A stretch of DNA of 64,000 bases from Gammaproteobacteria bacterium (GCA_016874175.1 VGUP01000002.1:3983-67982), one strand, 5' to 3'. Positions 30,308 to 43,126 are shown, numbered from the stretch's first letter. The notes: generated by a model not told the origin, from the sequence alone. Made by a program: numbers and translations.

Positions 30308-31228
30308 ATGGTCGGACAGAGAACGCTTAAAAACGTCATTCGCGCGACCGGTGTCGGCCTGCACTCCGGCAAGCGCGTTCTCATGACTATTCGGCCGGCA
30401 GCTCCGGATACGGGCATCGTTTTTCGACGCACCGATCTCGCCGTGCCGGTCGATGTGCCGGCGCGAGCGGGCAACGTCGGCGAGACCACGCTCTGCACCT
30501 CGCTCGTCAAAGATGATGTGCGCGTGTCGACCGTCGAGCACCTGCTCTCCGCATTCGCTGGCCTCGGCATCGACAATGCCCTGGTCGAAGTCAGTGGCCC
30601 CGAAGTGCCGATCATGGACGGCAGCGCGGGGCCGTTCGTGTTCCTGCTGCAATCTGCGGGCATCGAGCAGCAGCGCACGCCGAAGCGTTTCGTGCGTATC
30701 CGCAAGTCGGTGCGGGTCGAAGATGGCGACAAGTGGGCGCAGTTCGATCCCTTCGATGGCTTCAAAGTCAACTTCGAGATCGAGTTCAACCATCCGATCT
30801 TAAAGCGCCGTGCGCAGCGCGCCAGCATGGATTTTTCCACGACGTCGTTCCTCAAAGAAATCAGCCGCGCCCGCACATTCGGCTTCATGCGTGATCTCGA
30901 GACCATGCGCGCGCGCAACCTTGCGCTCGGTGGCAATCTCGACAACGCCATCGTGCTCGATGACTCGAAAGTGCTGAACGAGGGCGGATTGCGTTACGAA
31001 GACGAATTCGTGAAGCACAAGATCCTCGATGCGATCGGTGACCTTTACCTGCTCGGACACAGCCTGATCGGCGAATTCTCCGCCTTCAAGTCGGGCCATG
31101 GCCTCAACAACCGTTTGCTGCGGACGTTGCTCGCCGACGAATCCGCTTGGGAAGCCATCGTCTTCGAACGTCCCGAGGACGCGCCGATTTCTTATGTGCG
31201 CGCGCCGGTCCTCGCGGCTACCGGCTGA
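30308..31228 (+). CDS. lpxC: UDP-3-O-acyl-GlcNAc deacetylase LpxC
   Basis: [21 protein letters not shown]...[10 protein letters not shown]...[15 protein letters not shown]...[14 protein letters not shown]. Confidence 0.97.
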   Translation: MVGQRTLKNVIRATGVGLHSGKRVLMTIRPAAPDTGIVFRRTDLAVPVDVPARAGNVGETTLCTSLVKDDVRVSTVEHLLSAFAGLGIDNALVEVSGPEVPIMDGSAGPFVFLLQSAGIEQQRTPKRFVRIRKSVRVEDGDKWAQFDPFDGFKVNFEIEFNHPILKRRAQRASMDFSTTSFLKEISRARTFGFMRDLETMRARNLALGGNLDNAIVLDDSKVLNEGGLRYEDEFVKHKILDAIGDLYLLGHSLIGEFSAFKSGHGLNNRLLRTLLADESAWEAIVFERPEDAPISYVRAPVLAATG

Positions 31229-31575
31229 ATCTTCACCGTCCAGCGTGCGATGCCGGGGCGAAATTCACTCGCCGCGGGCCAAAGATCGGGCAGGGCATAG
31301 CGCAGGCGAGCCGCCCAGGCTGCTGAATCCACAAAAATGGTGAGTGTTCCGTCCTTCTCGACGCAGTGGCCGATGGCGGCGAGCAGCGCGGGCTCGAGGC
31401 GCGCGGCAAAGAAGCTCCCCCAGTCTTCCTGACGCCGGACAAATTCCCGGGCCCGACTGGCAAGCCCTGAACCTGATAATAAGCTGCTGATTTCCCTGGG
31501 CTTTCCTGGCCTCGCGGGAGCATTTCCGGCCACTTTGGGTGATTTTGGGTTGTTTCGGGGGGGCGGTTTGGGCAT
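31192..31575 (-). CDS. DUF721-domain protein (DciA-family candidate)
   Basis: The C-terminal two-thirds ([48 protein letters not shown]) fit the DUF721 pattern. The location between lpxC and the M23 peptidase/secA matches other gammaproteobacteria. The N-terminal about 45 aa is a basic Pro/Lys-rich tail. The start is uncertain (ATG 31575 or an in-frame GTG 39 nt downstream). Confidence 0.65.
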   Translation of the reverse strand: MPKPPPRNNPKSPKVAGNAPARPGKPREISSLLSGSGLASRAREFVRRQEDWGSFFAARLEPALLAAIGHCVEKDGTLTIFVDSAAWAARLRYALPDLWPAASEFRPGIARWTVKIQPVAARTGART

Positions 31576-31631
31576 AGTCTCGCCTGTTTCTCGTTCGGCT
31601 ACCGTCCAATAACAGTCGATGGATTATGTCA

Positions 31632-31653
31632 CCGACCTCTGGTCAGAGGTCGG
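31632..31653. repeat. 22-bp perfect palindrome in a divergent intergenic region
   Basis: CCGACCTCTG-gt-CAGAGGTCGG, located between the DUF721 gene and the M23 peptidase gene. Confidence 0.8.
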
Positions 31654-31692
31654 CCTACGTGGTCGTCGGCGCTTTCCGTCGGGGGAAGTGAC

Positions 31693-32607
31693 GTGAGGCT
31701 AGTGGTTCTCAGGCGACGCACTGCAGGCGCTTCGAGCATCAATGTATCCGGGCCCTGGGTGCTGGGCGTCGGCACGTTGTGCGTGCTCGCGCTGCTTGGC
31801 GGTGCGTTCATGGCGGGTTTCAATGCCGGCAGCCGGGGCATCGATCTCGGTGATGGCAGTCCGGCGGCGCTGGCGCGTGCCGCATTGCAACAAAAAAGCG
31901 AACTCGACGAGCTGCGCGAGCGCGTGCAAGAACGTGTTGACTCGATGTCCGCGCGTATCGGTCAGTTGAACGCACATGTGGTCCGCCTCGACGTACTCGG
32001 CAAGCGACTCGCCGAGATGGCTGATGTCAATTCCAGCGAATTCGATTTCTCGGCGGCACCTGCCGCGGGCGGTCCCGAGTCCGAATCTGCGGTGGCCGTG
32101 GCGGCACCGGATTTGTCGGGCATGCTCGATGATTTCGAGTCGAAACTTTCGCAGCGTGAATCGCAGCTCAGTGTCCTCGAACAGCTGATTTTGCAGCGTG
32201 AATTGCGCCAGCAGTCCGTACCCGAAGGCCGTCCAGTCGTACGCGGATTCATGTCCTCGGGTTACGGCGTGAGACAGGATCCGCTGTCCGGCGAATTCGC
32301 GTTCCACCGCGGCATCGACTTCGCCGGCAATCGTGGTGATTTGGTGATCGCAGTCGGTGCGGGCGTCGTCACCTGTGCGGGATACAAACTCGACTACGGC
32401 AACGTCGTCGAAGTGACCCACGGTGATGGCTACATCACCCGCTACGCTCACAACGAGCGTTTGCTCGTCAAAGCGGGCGACACCGTGACCCGCGGTCAAC
32501 AACTCGCGGTGATGGGCTCGACGGGCCGCTCCACCGGTCCGCACCTGCATTTCGAAGTACTGCGCAACGGCAATCCGGTCAACCCGCTTTCCTATATCGG
32601 CGGTTGA
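31693..32607 (+). CDS. M23-family murein endopeptidase (TM anchor + coiled coil + LytM domain)
   Basis: HRGIDFAG...GNVVEVTHGDGYITRYAHN...GSTGRSTGPHLHFEV. GTG start. Confidence 0.9.
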   Translation: MRLVVLRRRTAGASSINVSGPWVLGVGTLCVLALLGGAFMAGFNAGSRGIDLGDGSPAALARAALQQKSELDELRERVQERVDSMSARIGQLNAHVVRLDVLGKRLAEMADVNSSEFDFSAAPAAGGPESESAVAVAAPDLSGMLDDFESKLSQRESQLSVLEQLILQRELRQQSVPEGRPVVRGFMSSGYGVRQDPLSGEFAFHRGIDFAGNRGDLVIAVGAGVVTCAGYKLDYGNVVEVTHGDGYITRYAHNERLLVKAGDTVTRGQQLAVMGSTGRSTGPHLHFEVLRNGNPVNPLSYIGG

Positions 32608-32662
32608 TTCCAGCGCGTAAAATACAAGCCTTTTTACCGGCTTCCCCGGCAAGGCTTCCAGA

Positions 32663-35430
<2,768 letters not shown>

Positions 35431-35455
<25 letters not shown>

Positions 35456-35877
35456 TCGTCGTCGCCGGGGCGCTGCTCGATCAAGACGGTCGGGTGTTGA
35501 TCGCCGAGCGTCCGCCGGGCAAGCGCATGGCTGGGCGCTGGGAATTTCCGGGTGGCAAGGTGGCAATCGACGAGTCACCGGAACAGGCTTTGCAGCGCGA
35601 GCTGCGCGAGGAACTCGGTGTCGAGGTGGCGCAGGCCGATTTCGTCATGGAGCTCGTGCACAGCTATCCCGATCGCGAAGTGCAACTGCGTTTTTATGTG
35701 GTCGATTCGTTCGTCGGTGAGCCGCAGTCACTCGATGGTCAGCGGCTGCGCTGGGTGACCCCCGCGCAACTCGACCATGCAGATATCCTCGAAGCGGACC
35801 TGCCTTTCATTCGCGCTTTGCAGCAGCGTGCGCGGGACGGCAAGATGTCGCCAGCCGCGGCGACGCCAGTTGCTTGA
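35431..35877 (+). CDS. mutT: 8-oxo-dGTP diphosphatase MutT (NUDIX)
   Basis: Nudix box [24 protein letters not shown]. Conserved secA-mutT adjacency. The start is inferred as GTG 35431 (25-nt overlap with secA); the ORF-track start at 35014 lies inside secA. Confidence 0.85.
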
Positions 35878-35907
35878 TGGTGAACAAAACTTGCTGGTGA
35901 CTAAAAA

Positions 35908-37419
35908 ATGAGTAGCGCAGAGAGCAACCCCAAGCCCGATGAATCGCCGCCACGGCCGAGTGGCGAACTCATCGAGGTGCGCAATCCGCGCACCGGGCAA
36001 ATCGACTACGACTTCAATGCGCCGAGCGAGGTGGAGCTCGCCGCGCGGCTCGATGCGATGCGGCACGCGCAGCAGCGCTGGGCCGCCCGTCCGCTCGAAG
36101 AACGGATTGCCATCCTCACGCGTTGGCGCGGCAAATGGGTCGCGAGACAAGCTGAAATCATTGGCGCACTCGCTCACGATACCGGCCGATTTTTGATCGC
36201 CACCAGCGAGGTGGGTTCGGTGCTCGGCATGATCGATCGCTGGATTGCGATCGTGCCTGGCCTTGCCCAAGAAGAAGAACTGCGTTCGGCTACCATGTCG
36301 AATATTTCCTATCGTTCGCAGTACTTGCCTTACCCGCTCGTCGGCATCATCAGTCCGTGGAATTTTCCGGTGTCGCTGTGTTTCATTGACGCCATCCCGG
36401 CGCTGCTCGCGGGCTGTGCGGTGTACATCAAGCCGAGTGAAGTCACGCCACGTTTCGTCGAGCCGGTGATGCGCAGCATCGCCGCCGTCCCGGAGCTCGC
36501 CGAGGTGCTGCACGTACAGCCGGGCGGACGCGCGACCGGCGAGCAGCTCGTGACCGGCGTCGATGTGGTGTGCTTCACCGGCAGCGTCGCCACCGGCCGT
36601 ATCGTAGCCGAAAATGCCGCGCGTAATTTCATCCCGGCCTTTCTCGAGTTGGGCGGCAACGATCCGCTCATCATTACCGCAAGCGCCGATCTCGAGCGCG
36701 CGACCGATGTGGCGCTGCGCGCAACTTGTCTCGCCACCGGTCAGGCCTGTCAGAGCCTCGAGCGCGTTTATGTTGATCGCCGTATATACGAGCCTTTCAT
36801 CGCCATGCTGGTGGCGAAGGCGCGACGCGTCGAGCCCAACTGGCCCGATATTCACCAGGGTACAATCGGCCCCTTCATCTATGGAAAACAGGCCGAGATC
36901 GTCGCCGCGCAGCTTTCCGAGGCCGTCGCCAAGGGTGCACGCGTACTTTGCGGCGGCAGTATCGAAGACCATGGCGGCAAGTGGCTGCGACCTACCGTGC
37001 TCGTCGATGTGAATCACGATATGCGTATCATGCACCACGAAACTTTTGGTCCGGTGATTCCGGTGATGGCCTACGACAGCATCGATGAAGCGATCGATCT
37101 CGCCAACGAAGGGGTTTACGGCCTCTCAGCCGGCGTAATCGCGGGCACGCTCGAGGAAGCCGAGAACATTGGGCGGCGTATCGATGCCGGCGGCATCAGT
37201 CTCAATGACGGCTCGCTCACCGCGATGTGCCACGAAATGGAGAAGCATTCCTTCAAGCTCTCCGGCATGGGTGGTTCGCGCATGGGTGCGGCGGGTTACA
37301 CTCGCTTTTTCCGTCGCAAGGTGCTCATCCGCCAGCACGGACAACCGGCTACCATGGCGAACATCGCCGAATCGAATCTCAGCACAGGAAAAAAAAATTA
37401 TGAGTATCCAGGACCTTAG
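35908..37419 (+). CDS. NAD(P)-dependent aldehyde dehydrogenase family protein
   Basis: 503 aa. ALDH motifs SPWNFP, FLELGGNDP (catalytic Glu), ATGQACQSLERVYV (catalytic Cys) and ETFGPV. The substrate cannot be assigned. Confidence 0.9.
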   Translation: MSSAESNPKPDESPPRPSGELIEVRNPRTGQIDYDFNAPSEVELAARLDAMRHAQQRWAARPLEERIAILTRWRGKWVARQAEIIGALAHDTGRFLIATSEVGSVLGMIDRWIAIVPGLAQEEELRSATMSNISYRSQYLPYPLVGIISPWNFPVSLCFIDAIPALLAGCAVYIKPSEVTPRFVEPVMRSIAAVPELAEVLHVQPGGRATGEQLVTGVDVVCFTGSVATGRIVAENAARNFIPAFLELGGNDPLIITASADLERATDVALRATCLATGQACQSLERVYVDRRIYEPFIAMLVAKARRVEPNWPDIHQGTIGPFIYGKQAEIVAAQLSEAVAKGARVLCGGSIEDHGGKWLRPTVLVDVNHDMRIMHHETFGPVIPVMAYDSIDEAIDLANEGVYGLSAGVIAGTLEEAENIGRRIDAGGISLNDGSLTAMCHEMEKHSFKLSGMGGSRMGAAGYTRFFRRKVLIRQHGQPATMANIAESNLSTGKKNYEYPGP

Positions 37420-37789
37420 TCTGCCGGACATCAAGATCGATGCCACCAGCCTCTACCGCGAAGAGGTTTTCACCGATCGCCGTGCGGGTACGCTGCGTCG
37501 CCTGCTGCCGGTTACTGCAGACGGTGCGCCCGATGCGGCGCGTCCCGTGCTTTGGCTGGGGCAGACCCAGCTGATGACCCCGGGCGGCGTGCTGCCGCTC
37601 GGCTTCGAGATCGAGGCGGCCACGCTCCCTGAGGCCATCGAAAAATTTCCGAATGCGGTGCACAAGGCGGTCGAAGATGCCATCGAAGAAGCGCAGCAGA
37701 TGCGTCGCGAGGCCGGTTCGCGCATCGTCGTGCCCGAAGGGGGCGCCGCGCTCGGTCAGTCTCTTGCAAGCAAGATAAAACTGCCCTGA
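37400..37789 (+). CDS. Hypothetical protein (129 aa), overlaps the ALDH 3' end
   Basis: MSIQDLSLPDIKIDATSLYREEVFTDRRAGTLRRLLPV...AIEKFPNAVHKAVEDAIEEAQQMRREAG. The ATG is preceded by AGGA and an A9 run. GC-rich third positions are consistent with coding. I recognise no family. Confidence 0.6.
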   Translation: MSIQDLSLPDIKIDATSLYREEVFTDRRAGTLRRLLPVTADGAPDAARPVLWLGQTQLMTPGGVLPLGFEIEAATLPEAIEKFPNAVHKAVEDAIEEAQQMRREAGSRIVVPEGGAALGQSLASKIKLP

Positions 37790-37807
37790 GACCGTACGCG
37801 CTCGCGA

Positions 37808-38449
37808 TCAAGCCGACTCGGCGACCTGTTGATAGACCTCTGCGAACTCGGCGGCTGACTTCACGCACACCGCGAGATCCTTGAGTAGGCCGTCGTGCAG
37901 GTCGTAGATCCAGCCGTGGATCTCGAGCGCTTTACCGCGGTCCCAAGCGCTTTGCACGATCGTAGTCTGGCCGACGTTGAGTACTTGTTCCATCACGTTG
38001 AGTTCGCAGAGTCGGTGCAGTCGGCTGGCTTTATCGGGCAGTTCGTCGAGCCGCGTACGGTGTTTTTTCATCACGTCTTGCACGTGACGTAACCAGTTGT
38101 CGATGAGACCAAGGCGTGAATTGTTGAGTGCCGCCTGTACGCCACCACAGCCATAGTGGCCGCAGACGATCACGTGCTCGACGTCGAGCACATCGACTGC
38201 ATACTGCAGCACGGACAGGCAGTTGAGGTCGGTATGCACCACCACGTTGGCGACGTTACGGTGTACAAAGAGTTCGCCGGGCGGCAGCCCGACAATTTCG
38301 TTAGCCGGCACGCGACTGTCGGCGCAGCCTATCCAAAGATAATCCGGTGATTGCTGGCTGACGAGTTTGGTGAAAAATTCCGGGTCCTCCGCAGATTTTT
38401 CCGCAGACCAGATCTTGTTGCGATCGAACAGGGGTTTGAGGCTGCGCAA
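37808..38449 (-). CDS. can: Beta-class carbonic anhydrase
   Basis: [14 protein letters not shown] and [10 protein letters not shown] zinc-ligand motifs. The start is inferred as TTG 38449 ([25 protein letters not shown] aligns with the Can N-terminus, and GGAG lies 8 nt upstream). The ORF-track start at 38710 overlaps the neighbouring gene. Confidence 0.88.
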   Translation of the reverse strand: MRSLKPLFDRNKIWSAEKSAEDPEFFTKLVSQQSPDYLWIGCADSRVPANEIVGLPPGELFVHRNVANVVVHTDLNCLSVLQYAVDVLDVEHVIVCGHYGCGGVQAALNNSRLGLIDNWLRHVQDVMKKHRTRLDELPDKASRLHRLCELNVMEQVLNVGQTTIVQSAWDRGKALEIHGWIYDLHDGLLKDLAVCVKSAAEFAEVYQQVAESA

Positions 38450-38471
38450 TGGGGCGTACTCCGGCGTTGGG

Positions 38472-40829
38472 TCAGTGTGCGGCGATCGGTTCGCCGCTGG
38501 ATCGATCGAGTTTAGGGCGATCGGGGCGCAGCGTCCGCGCAAAGAAAAGAGCGACCATATCGTAGGCGTGTGGGCCGGTGGCGCCGAAGCGTAGCAGCCC
38601 GTGCTTGCTACCGGGGTAGGGCATGACCTCGAAAGGCTTGCGCAGATCCTGTAATTTTTTGAAGAGCGCCGTACTATGGGTGAAGAGCACGTTGTCATCG
38701 GCCATGCCATGTATGACGAGCAACGGTCCGCCGAGATCGGCGGCGTGCGTCATGACCATGCCATCGCGATAACCCGCGGAGTTATCGGCTGGCGTACTCA
38801 TGAAGCGCTCGGTGTAGTGCGTGTCGTAGAGCCGCCAGTCGGTCACCGGCGCGCCGGAAACACCCGCCGTGAAATGCCCCGGCGCGCGCACCATGCACAT
38901 CAGCGCCATGTAGCCGCCGTAGCTCCAGCCCCATACGCCGATGCGCATGCCATCGACATACGGCAGCGTGCGTAGAAAGTCGACGCCGAGCTTTTGATCT
39001 TCGACCTCGATCGAGCCTATGCGGCGGTAGATCGCACCCTCGAACGTACGACCACGAAAACCCGAGCCGCGATTGTCGATGGTGAAGACCACATAGCCTT
39101 GCTGCGCCAAAAATTGCCGAAATAGACCACCCCAGGCGCGTCGCACCTGCTGTGCGCCCGGGCCGCCGTAGACCTCGACGATCACCGGATATCTTTTGCC
39201 GGCTTCGAGTCCCTGCGGTTTGGTGAGTTGGTAGTGCAGCACCTGCCCATCACTTGCGGTCAGCGTACCGAAGGTGGTGACCTGATGAGACGCGCGGTAG
39301 GGCGAATAAGGGTGGGTATCATCGAGTCGGTTCGCGACCAGTACATCGATCAGACTGCCATCGGCGCGGCGCAGGCTGAGTGAGGGCGGTTCGTCGGGCG
39401 TCGAGAACGTGTCGAGCCAAAGACGTGCATCAGCCGACATGGCGTTCGCATGCCAGCCCGCACTCGTGCTGAGTCGGCGGACATTGGCCTCGATTCGTCG
39501 CGGTTCCGTCGGTCCGTCGAGCGGCGCGACGTAGAGATGTCGCTCGATCGGGGTGTCGCGATTGGCTGTGAAATAGACCAGACCGCGCGCTTCATCGACG
39601 GCTTCGATCGCTCGCTCGCGGCCGCTGCCGGTGACCATCCACGCGCCCGCGGTGAGCGGACGCAGCAGCTTGCCGCTGTAATCATGCAGGTAGAGATGGT
39701 CGTGGCCGCTGCGTGCCGACGACCAGATGAATGCGCGACGCTTCGGCAAAAAGGTCAGTTCGTCGTTCAGATCAACCCAAGTGTCGCTGCGCTCCTCGAG
39801 AAGCACTCGCGCCTCACCGGTCGCCACCTCGACCCGCAGCAGCTGCAGCGATTTTTGATCGCGCGGTTGACGCTGCACGGCTAGCGCCGTGGAGTCCGGG
39901 AACCAACCGACCCGCGCCAGATAACCCTCGCCCGCGGCTGCAGCGGGTAACTCGCGATCGCTGCTGTTGCCAAGCTCGTGCAGCCGCAGATCGACGCGCG
40001 CGTTCAGTCGTCCTGCTGCCGGATATCTTTGGCGGATTACTTTGACCGTTTCGGCGTAAATCTCGAACCGCTCGAGTTCATCGACGGTTGACTCGTCGAC
40101 GCGGGTGTAGGCGATACGCCGCTCGTCGGGCGACCACCAATAGCCGGTGCTGCGGTCCATCTCTTCCTGGGCGATAAACTCGGCTACACCGAAGGAGACG
40201 AGGCCGCCGCCACTGCGGGTGATCGCCGTCTCCCGCCCCGACTGCAAGTCGATCACGTACAAATTTTGTTCGCGGACGAAAGTCACATAGCGACCGCGCG
40301 GCGAAAAACGGGCGTCGGTTTCGGCGGCGACGGTGGTGGTCAGTCGACGCACTGGCGAGCTGCCTGCGCTTGCACGCAAGTCGTACAAAAACAAATCGCC
40401 GGCGAGCGGCAGCAGCAGAAAGCGCGAATCTGCCGAAAATTCGTAATCGACGATACCGGCGAGCGCGGAGGTCCGCGCGCGCTCGCGTCGGGCTTCTTCC
40501 TCGGGCGAGAGCTTGCCCTCATCGGCGACCAGCGCTGCCGAATCGACCAGCAGCCGACTCTGTTTGGTGGCGGTGTCATAGGCCCAGACATCGAGCCGAT
40601 CTTTCGCCTCAGCTTTGCCCTGCAGATAGGTCACCCACTTGCCGTCGGGTGAGAAGCGCGCGCCGCGCAGTGTGGGGCCGGAGAGGTCGGGCGCAGCGAA
40701 CAGTCTTTCGATGGTGAGTTTGGAAGGTTCGGCCAGTGCTACGCCTGCGGCGATTACCGCTTGGAGCGCAGCGAGGGTCGCCACGACCGAAGCCGGAGCA
40801 TTCAACCGACGATTGAAAGTGCTGCCCAT
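38472..40829 (-). CDS. S9B dipeptidyl-peptidase IV-like serine peptidase (secreted)
   Basis: N-terminal beta-propeller (DPPIV_N-like), then an alpha/beta hydrolase domain with nucleophile motif GWSYGGYM and a C-terminal HGMADDNV...GSKHG. Signal peptide from ATG 40829 ([33 protein letters not shown]). The ORF-track GTG at 40901 is an alternative start. Confidence 0.88.
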   Translation of the reverse strand: MGSTFNRRLNAPASVVATLAALQAVIAAGVALAEPSKLTIERLFAAPDLSGPTLRGARFSPDGKWVTYLQGKAEAKDRLDVWAYDTATKQSRLLVDSAALVADEGKLSPEEEARRERARTSALAGIVDYEFSADSRFLLLPLAGDLFLYDLRASAGSSPVRRLTTTVAAETDARFSPRGRYVTFVREQNLYVIDLQSGRETAITRSGGGLVSFGVAEFIAQEEMDRSTGYWWSPDERRIAYTRVDESTVDELERFEIYAETVKVIRQRYPAAGRLNARVDLRLHELGNSSDRELPAAAAGEGYLARVGWFPDSTALAVQRQPRDQKSLQLLRVEVATGEARVLLEERSDTWVDLNDELTFLPKRRAFIWSSARSGHDHLYLHDYSGKLLRPLTAGAWMVTGSGRERAIEAVDEARGLVYFTANRDTPIERHLYVAPLDGPTEPRRIEANVRRLSTSAGWHANAMSADARLWLDTFSTPDEPPSLSLRRADGSLIDVLVANRLDDTHPYSPYRASHQVTTFGTLTASDGQVLHYQLTKPQGLEAGKRYPVIVEVYGGPGAQQVRRAWGGLFRQFLAQQGYVVFTIDNRGSGFRGRTFEGAIYRRIGSIEVEDQKLGVDFLRTLPYVDGMRIGVWGWSYGGYMALMCMVRAPGHFTAGVSGAPVTDWRLYDTHYTERFMSTPADNSAGYRDGMVMTHAADLGGPLLVIHGMADDNVLFTHSTALFKKLQDLRKPFEVMPYPGSKHGLLRFGATGPHAYDMVALFFARTLRPDRPKLDRSSGEPIAAH

Positions 40830-40886
40830 GATCGCTGCCCGTCCAGTACTGTATGCGGAAAATCCCACCGCAGTGTAGAGAGGAAC

Positions 40887-43109
40887 ATGCACCATCGCCA
40901 CCCGAGCCGAGTGCGACCCTTTGGCGTAGCGTCCGCTCGCGCCGTCCTTTTGGCTTTATTACTCGTCGCCACCCTGAGTGCTTGTCTTGCTATGCCCACC
41001 GAAGACGCCACCGCCAAAAATCAGGTGACCACTCCCGGCGCGCTAACGCTTGCCTATCCCTTGGCAGCACGTGGCGAGGTCGTCGATAACTATCACGGCG
41101 TCGCTGTTGCCGACCCGTATCGTTGGCTCGAAGAATCTGCAGCCGCGCCCACTCGCGAATTCGTGCGTGCGCAAAATGGGCTGGCGCAGCCCTGGCTCGA
41201 GGCGTTGCCGCAGCGCCCGTGGATTCACCAGCGTCTCACCGAGCTCTGGAACTACGAGCGCGTCGGCGTGCCTCGCCTTAAAGGTGGCAAATATTTCTTT
41301 ATGCGGAACGACGGTACCCAGAACCAAAGCGTGCTGTATGTCGCCGACACCTTGCAGGCTGCGCCGCGCGTGCTCTTCGATCCGAATACCGCGAGTTGCG
41401 ATGCGACGGTGGCGCTTACGCGCTACGAGCCTTCACCGGACGGCAAGATCATCGCCTATTCACTCTCCGATGGCGGTACTGATTGGGAGATCTGGAGATT
41501 TCGTCGGGTGGCAGACAGCGTCGATTTGCCGGACGAACTGCGCTTCACCAAATTTTGGGAGCTCTCTTGGGCGCCCGATGGCTCGGGCGTTTACTACAGC
41601 CGTTATCCGCAGCGTGCAGACGATGCGGTACGCGGCGACGATCAGGGGCAGCCGGCGGTCTTTTTTCATCGCCTCGGCGAGTCGCAAGATCGCGATACTT
41701 TAGTCTACCGCGTCAGCAATCATCCGACGCGTGCCCCCTCAGCGAGTGTCTCGGACGATGGCCGCTGGTTGTTCATCAGCCTGGCCGACGGGTATCGCAC
41801 GAACGGTGTTGAGCTGATCGATTTGCGCAAACCGGCGGCGGGCGTACGAACGCTGTTCGGCGCCTGGGATGCGCGCTACGAGGTGATCGGCAGCGAGGGT
41901 GACACGCTGTACGTCGTGACCACCAATAATGCACCGCGCGGCCGTGTGATTGCTGTCAATGCCACGGATCCGGCACCCGCAAAGTGGCGCGAGCTCGTGC
42001 CCCAAGACCGCCTTGCACTTGATGAGGCGAGTTTTGTCGGCAGTCGCATCATCGTGCGTTATGTGCGCGATGCGCACGGCGTCGCCCGCGTGTTCGATCG
42101 CGAGGGTCGCGCGCAGGGCGAAGTGGCCGTGCCCGGTCTCGGCACCATTGCCGGATTCGGTGGTAATTCGACCGACAAAGAAACGTTCTTCGCCTATGCG
42201 GACTATCTGAGTCCGGGGCAGGTGATGCGCCTCGATCTGCTCGATAACTCGGTGTCAGCGTGGCGCACGCCGAAATTTACCGCCGACACCTCGCGCTATG
42301 TGACCAAGCAATTCTTTTACCCGAGTCGCGATGGCGCCCGCGTGCCGATGTTCATCACTCATCGTCGCGACTTCACGCCCGATGGCAAGACGCCGACCCT
42401 GCTTTATGGCTATGGTGGTTTCAATGTGTCGGTGACGCCGAGCTTTCGGCCTACCGTCATCACTTGGCTCGAGATGGGTGGCATTTACGTCGAGGCCAAC
42501 CTGCGTGGGGGTGGCGAGTACGGTGAGCCGTGGCACGAGGCGGGGACCAAGACGCGCAAGCAAAATGTCTTTGATGATTTCATTACCGCTGCCGAATTTT
42601 TGATCCGCGAAGGCTACACCTCGCCCAAGCATCTGGCGATCTCCGGACGCAGCAACGGAGGGCTCTTGGTCGGTGCGACCTTGCTGCAGCGACCCGATCT
42701 TTTCGCTGCCGCCTTGCCGGGTGTCGGCGTATTCGACATGCTTCGCTATCAAACCGCGAGTGCCAACGCGCGACAGTGGTCTTCCGATTACGGACTTGCC
42801 GAGAACCCGGCAGAATTCGCCGCGCTGCGCGCCTACTCGCCGGTGCACAACGTGAAGCCTGGTAGCTGCTATCCGCCGACGCTGATCACCACCGCCGATC
42901 GCGATGATCGAGTCGTACCCTGGCACAGTTACAAGTTTGCCGCTGCGCTGCAGCACGGGCAGGGCTGTGCAGCGCCGATCTTGCTGCGGGTCGAGACCCG
43001 TGCCGGCCATGGTGCGGGCAAGCCGATCTGGATGCAGATCGAAGATTTCGCCGATCAATGGGCGTTCGCCGCCGCCATGCTTGGCGTCACGGCACCCGGC
43101 GCTCGGTGA
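40887..43109 (+). CDS. S9A prolyl oligopeptidase (lipoprotein)
   Basis: VADPYRWLEE N-terminal signature, GRSNGGLL nucleophile motif and DDRVVPWHSYKF...RAGHGAG. Lipobox LSAC after MHHRHPSRVRPFGVASARAVLLALLLVATLSAC. Confidence 0.92.
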   Translation: MHHRHPSRVRPFGVASARAVLLALLLVATLSACLAMPTEDATAKNQVTTPGALTLAYPLAARGEVVDNYHGVAVADPYRWLEESAAAPTREFVRAQNGLAQPWLEALPQRPWIHQRLTELWNYERVGVPRLKGGKYFFMRNDGTQNQSVLYVADTLQAAPRVLFDPNTASCDATVALTRYEPSPDGKIIAYSLSDGGTDWEIWRFRRVADSVDLPDELRFTKFWELSWAPDGSGVYYSRYPQRADDAVRGDDQGQPAVFFHRLGESQDRDTLVYRVSNHPTRAPSASVSDDGRWLFISLADGYRTNGVELIDLRKPAAGVRTLFGAWDARYEVIGSEGDTLYVVTTNNAPRGRVIAVNATDPAPAKWRELVPQDRLALDEASFVGSRIIVRYVRDAHGVARVFDREGRAQGEVAVPGLGTIAGFGGNSTDKETFFAYADYLSPGQVMRLDLLDNSVSAWRTPKFTADTSRYVTKQFFYPSRDGARVPMFITHRRDFTPDGKTPTLLYGYGGFNVSVTPSFRPTVITWLEMGGIYVEANLRGGGEYGEPWHEAGTKTRKQNVFDDFITAAEFLIREGYTSPKHLAISGRSNGGLLVGATLLQRPDLFAAALPGVGVFDMLRYQTASANARQWSSDYGLAENPAEFAALRAYSPVHNVKPGSCYPPTLITTADRDDRVVPWHSYKFAAALQHGQGCAAPILLRVETRAGHGAGKPIWMQIEDFADQWAFAAAMLGVTAPGAR

Positions 43110-43126
43110 GCGCCGGGCGGCCGAGC

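Noticed and set aside
32604-32623. TTGATT and TAAAAT hexamers upstream of secA as a promoter
   Set aside because: The spacer between them is only 8 nt, which is incompatible with a sigma70 promoter.
40847-40854. TACTGTAT resembling a LexA half-site between the two peptidase genes
   Set aside because: There is no matching ACAG half-site 8 nt downstream. Only a weak 5-bp inverted repeat (TGCGG...CCGCA) is present.
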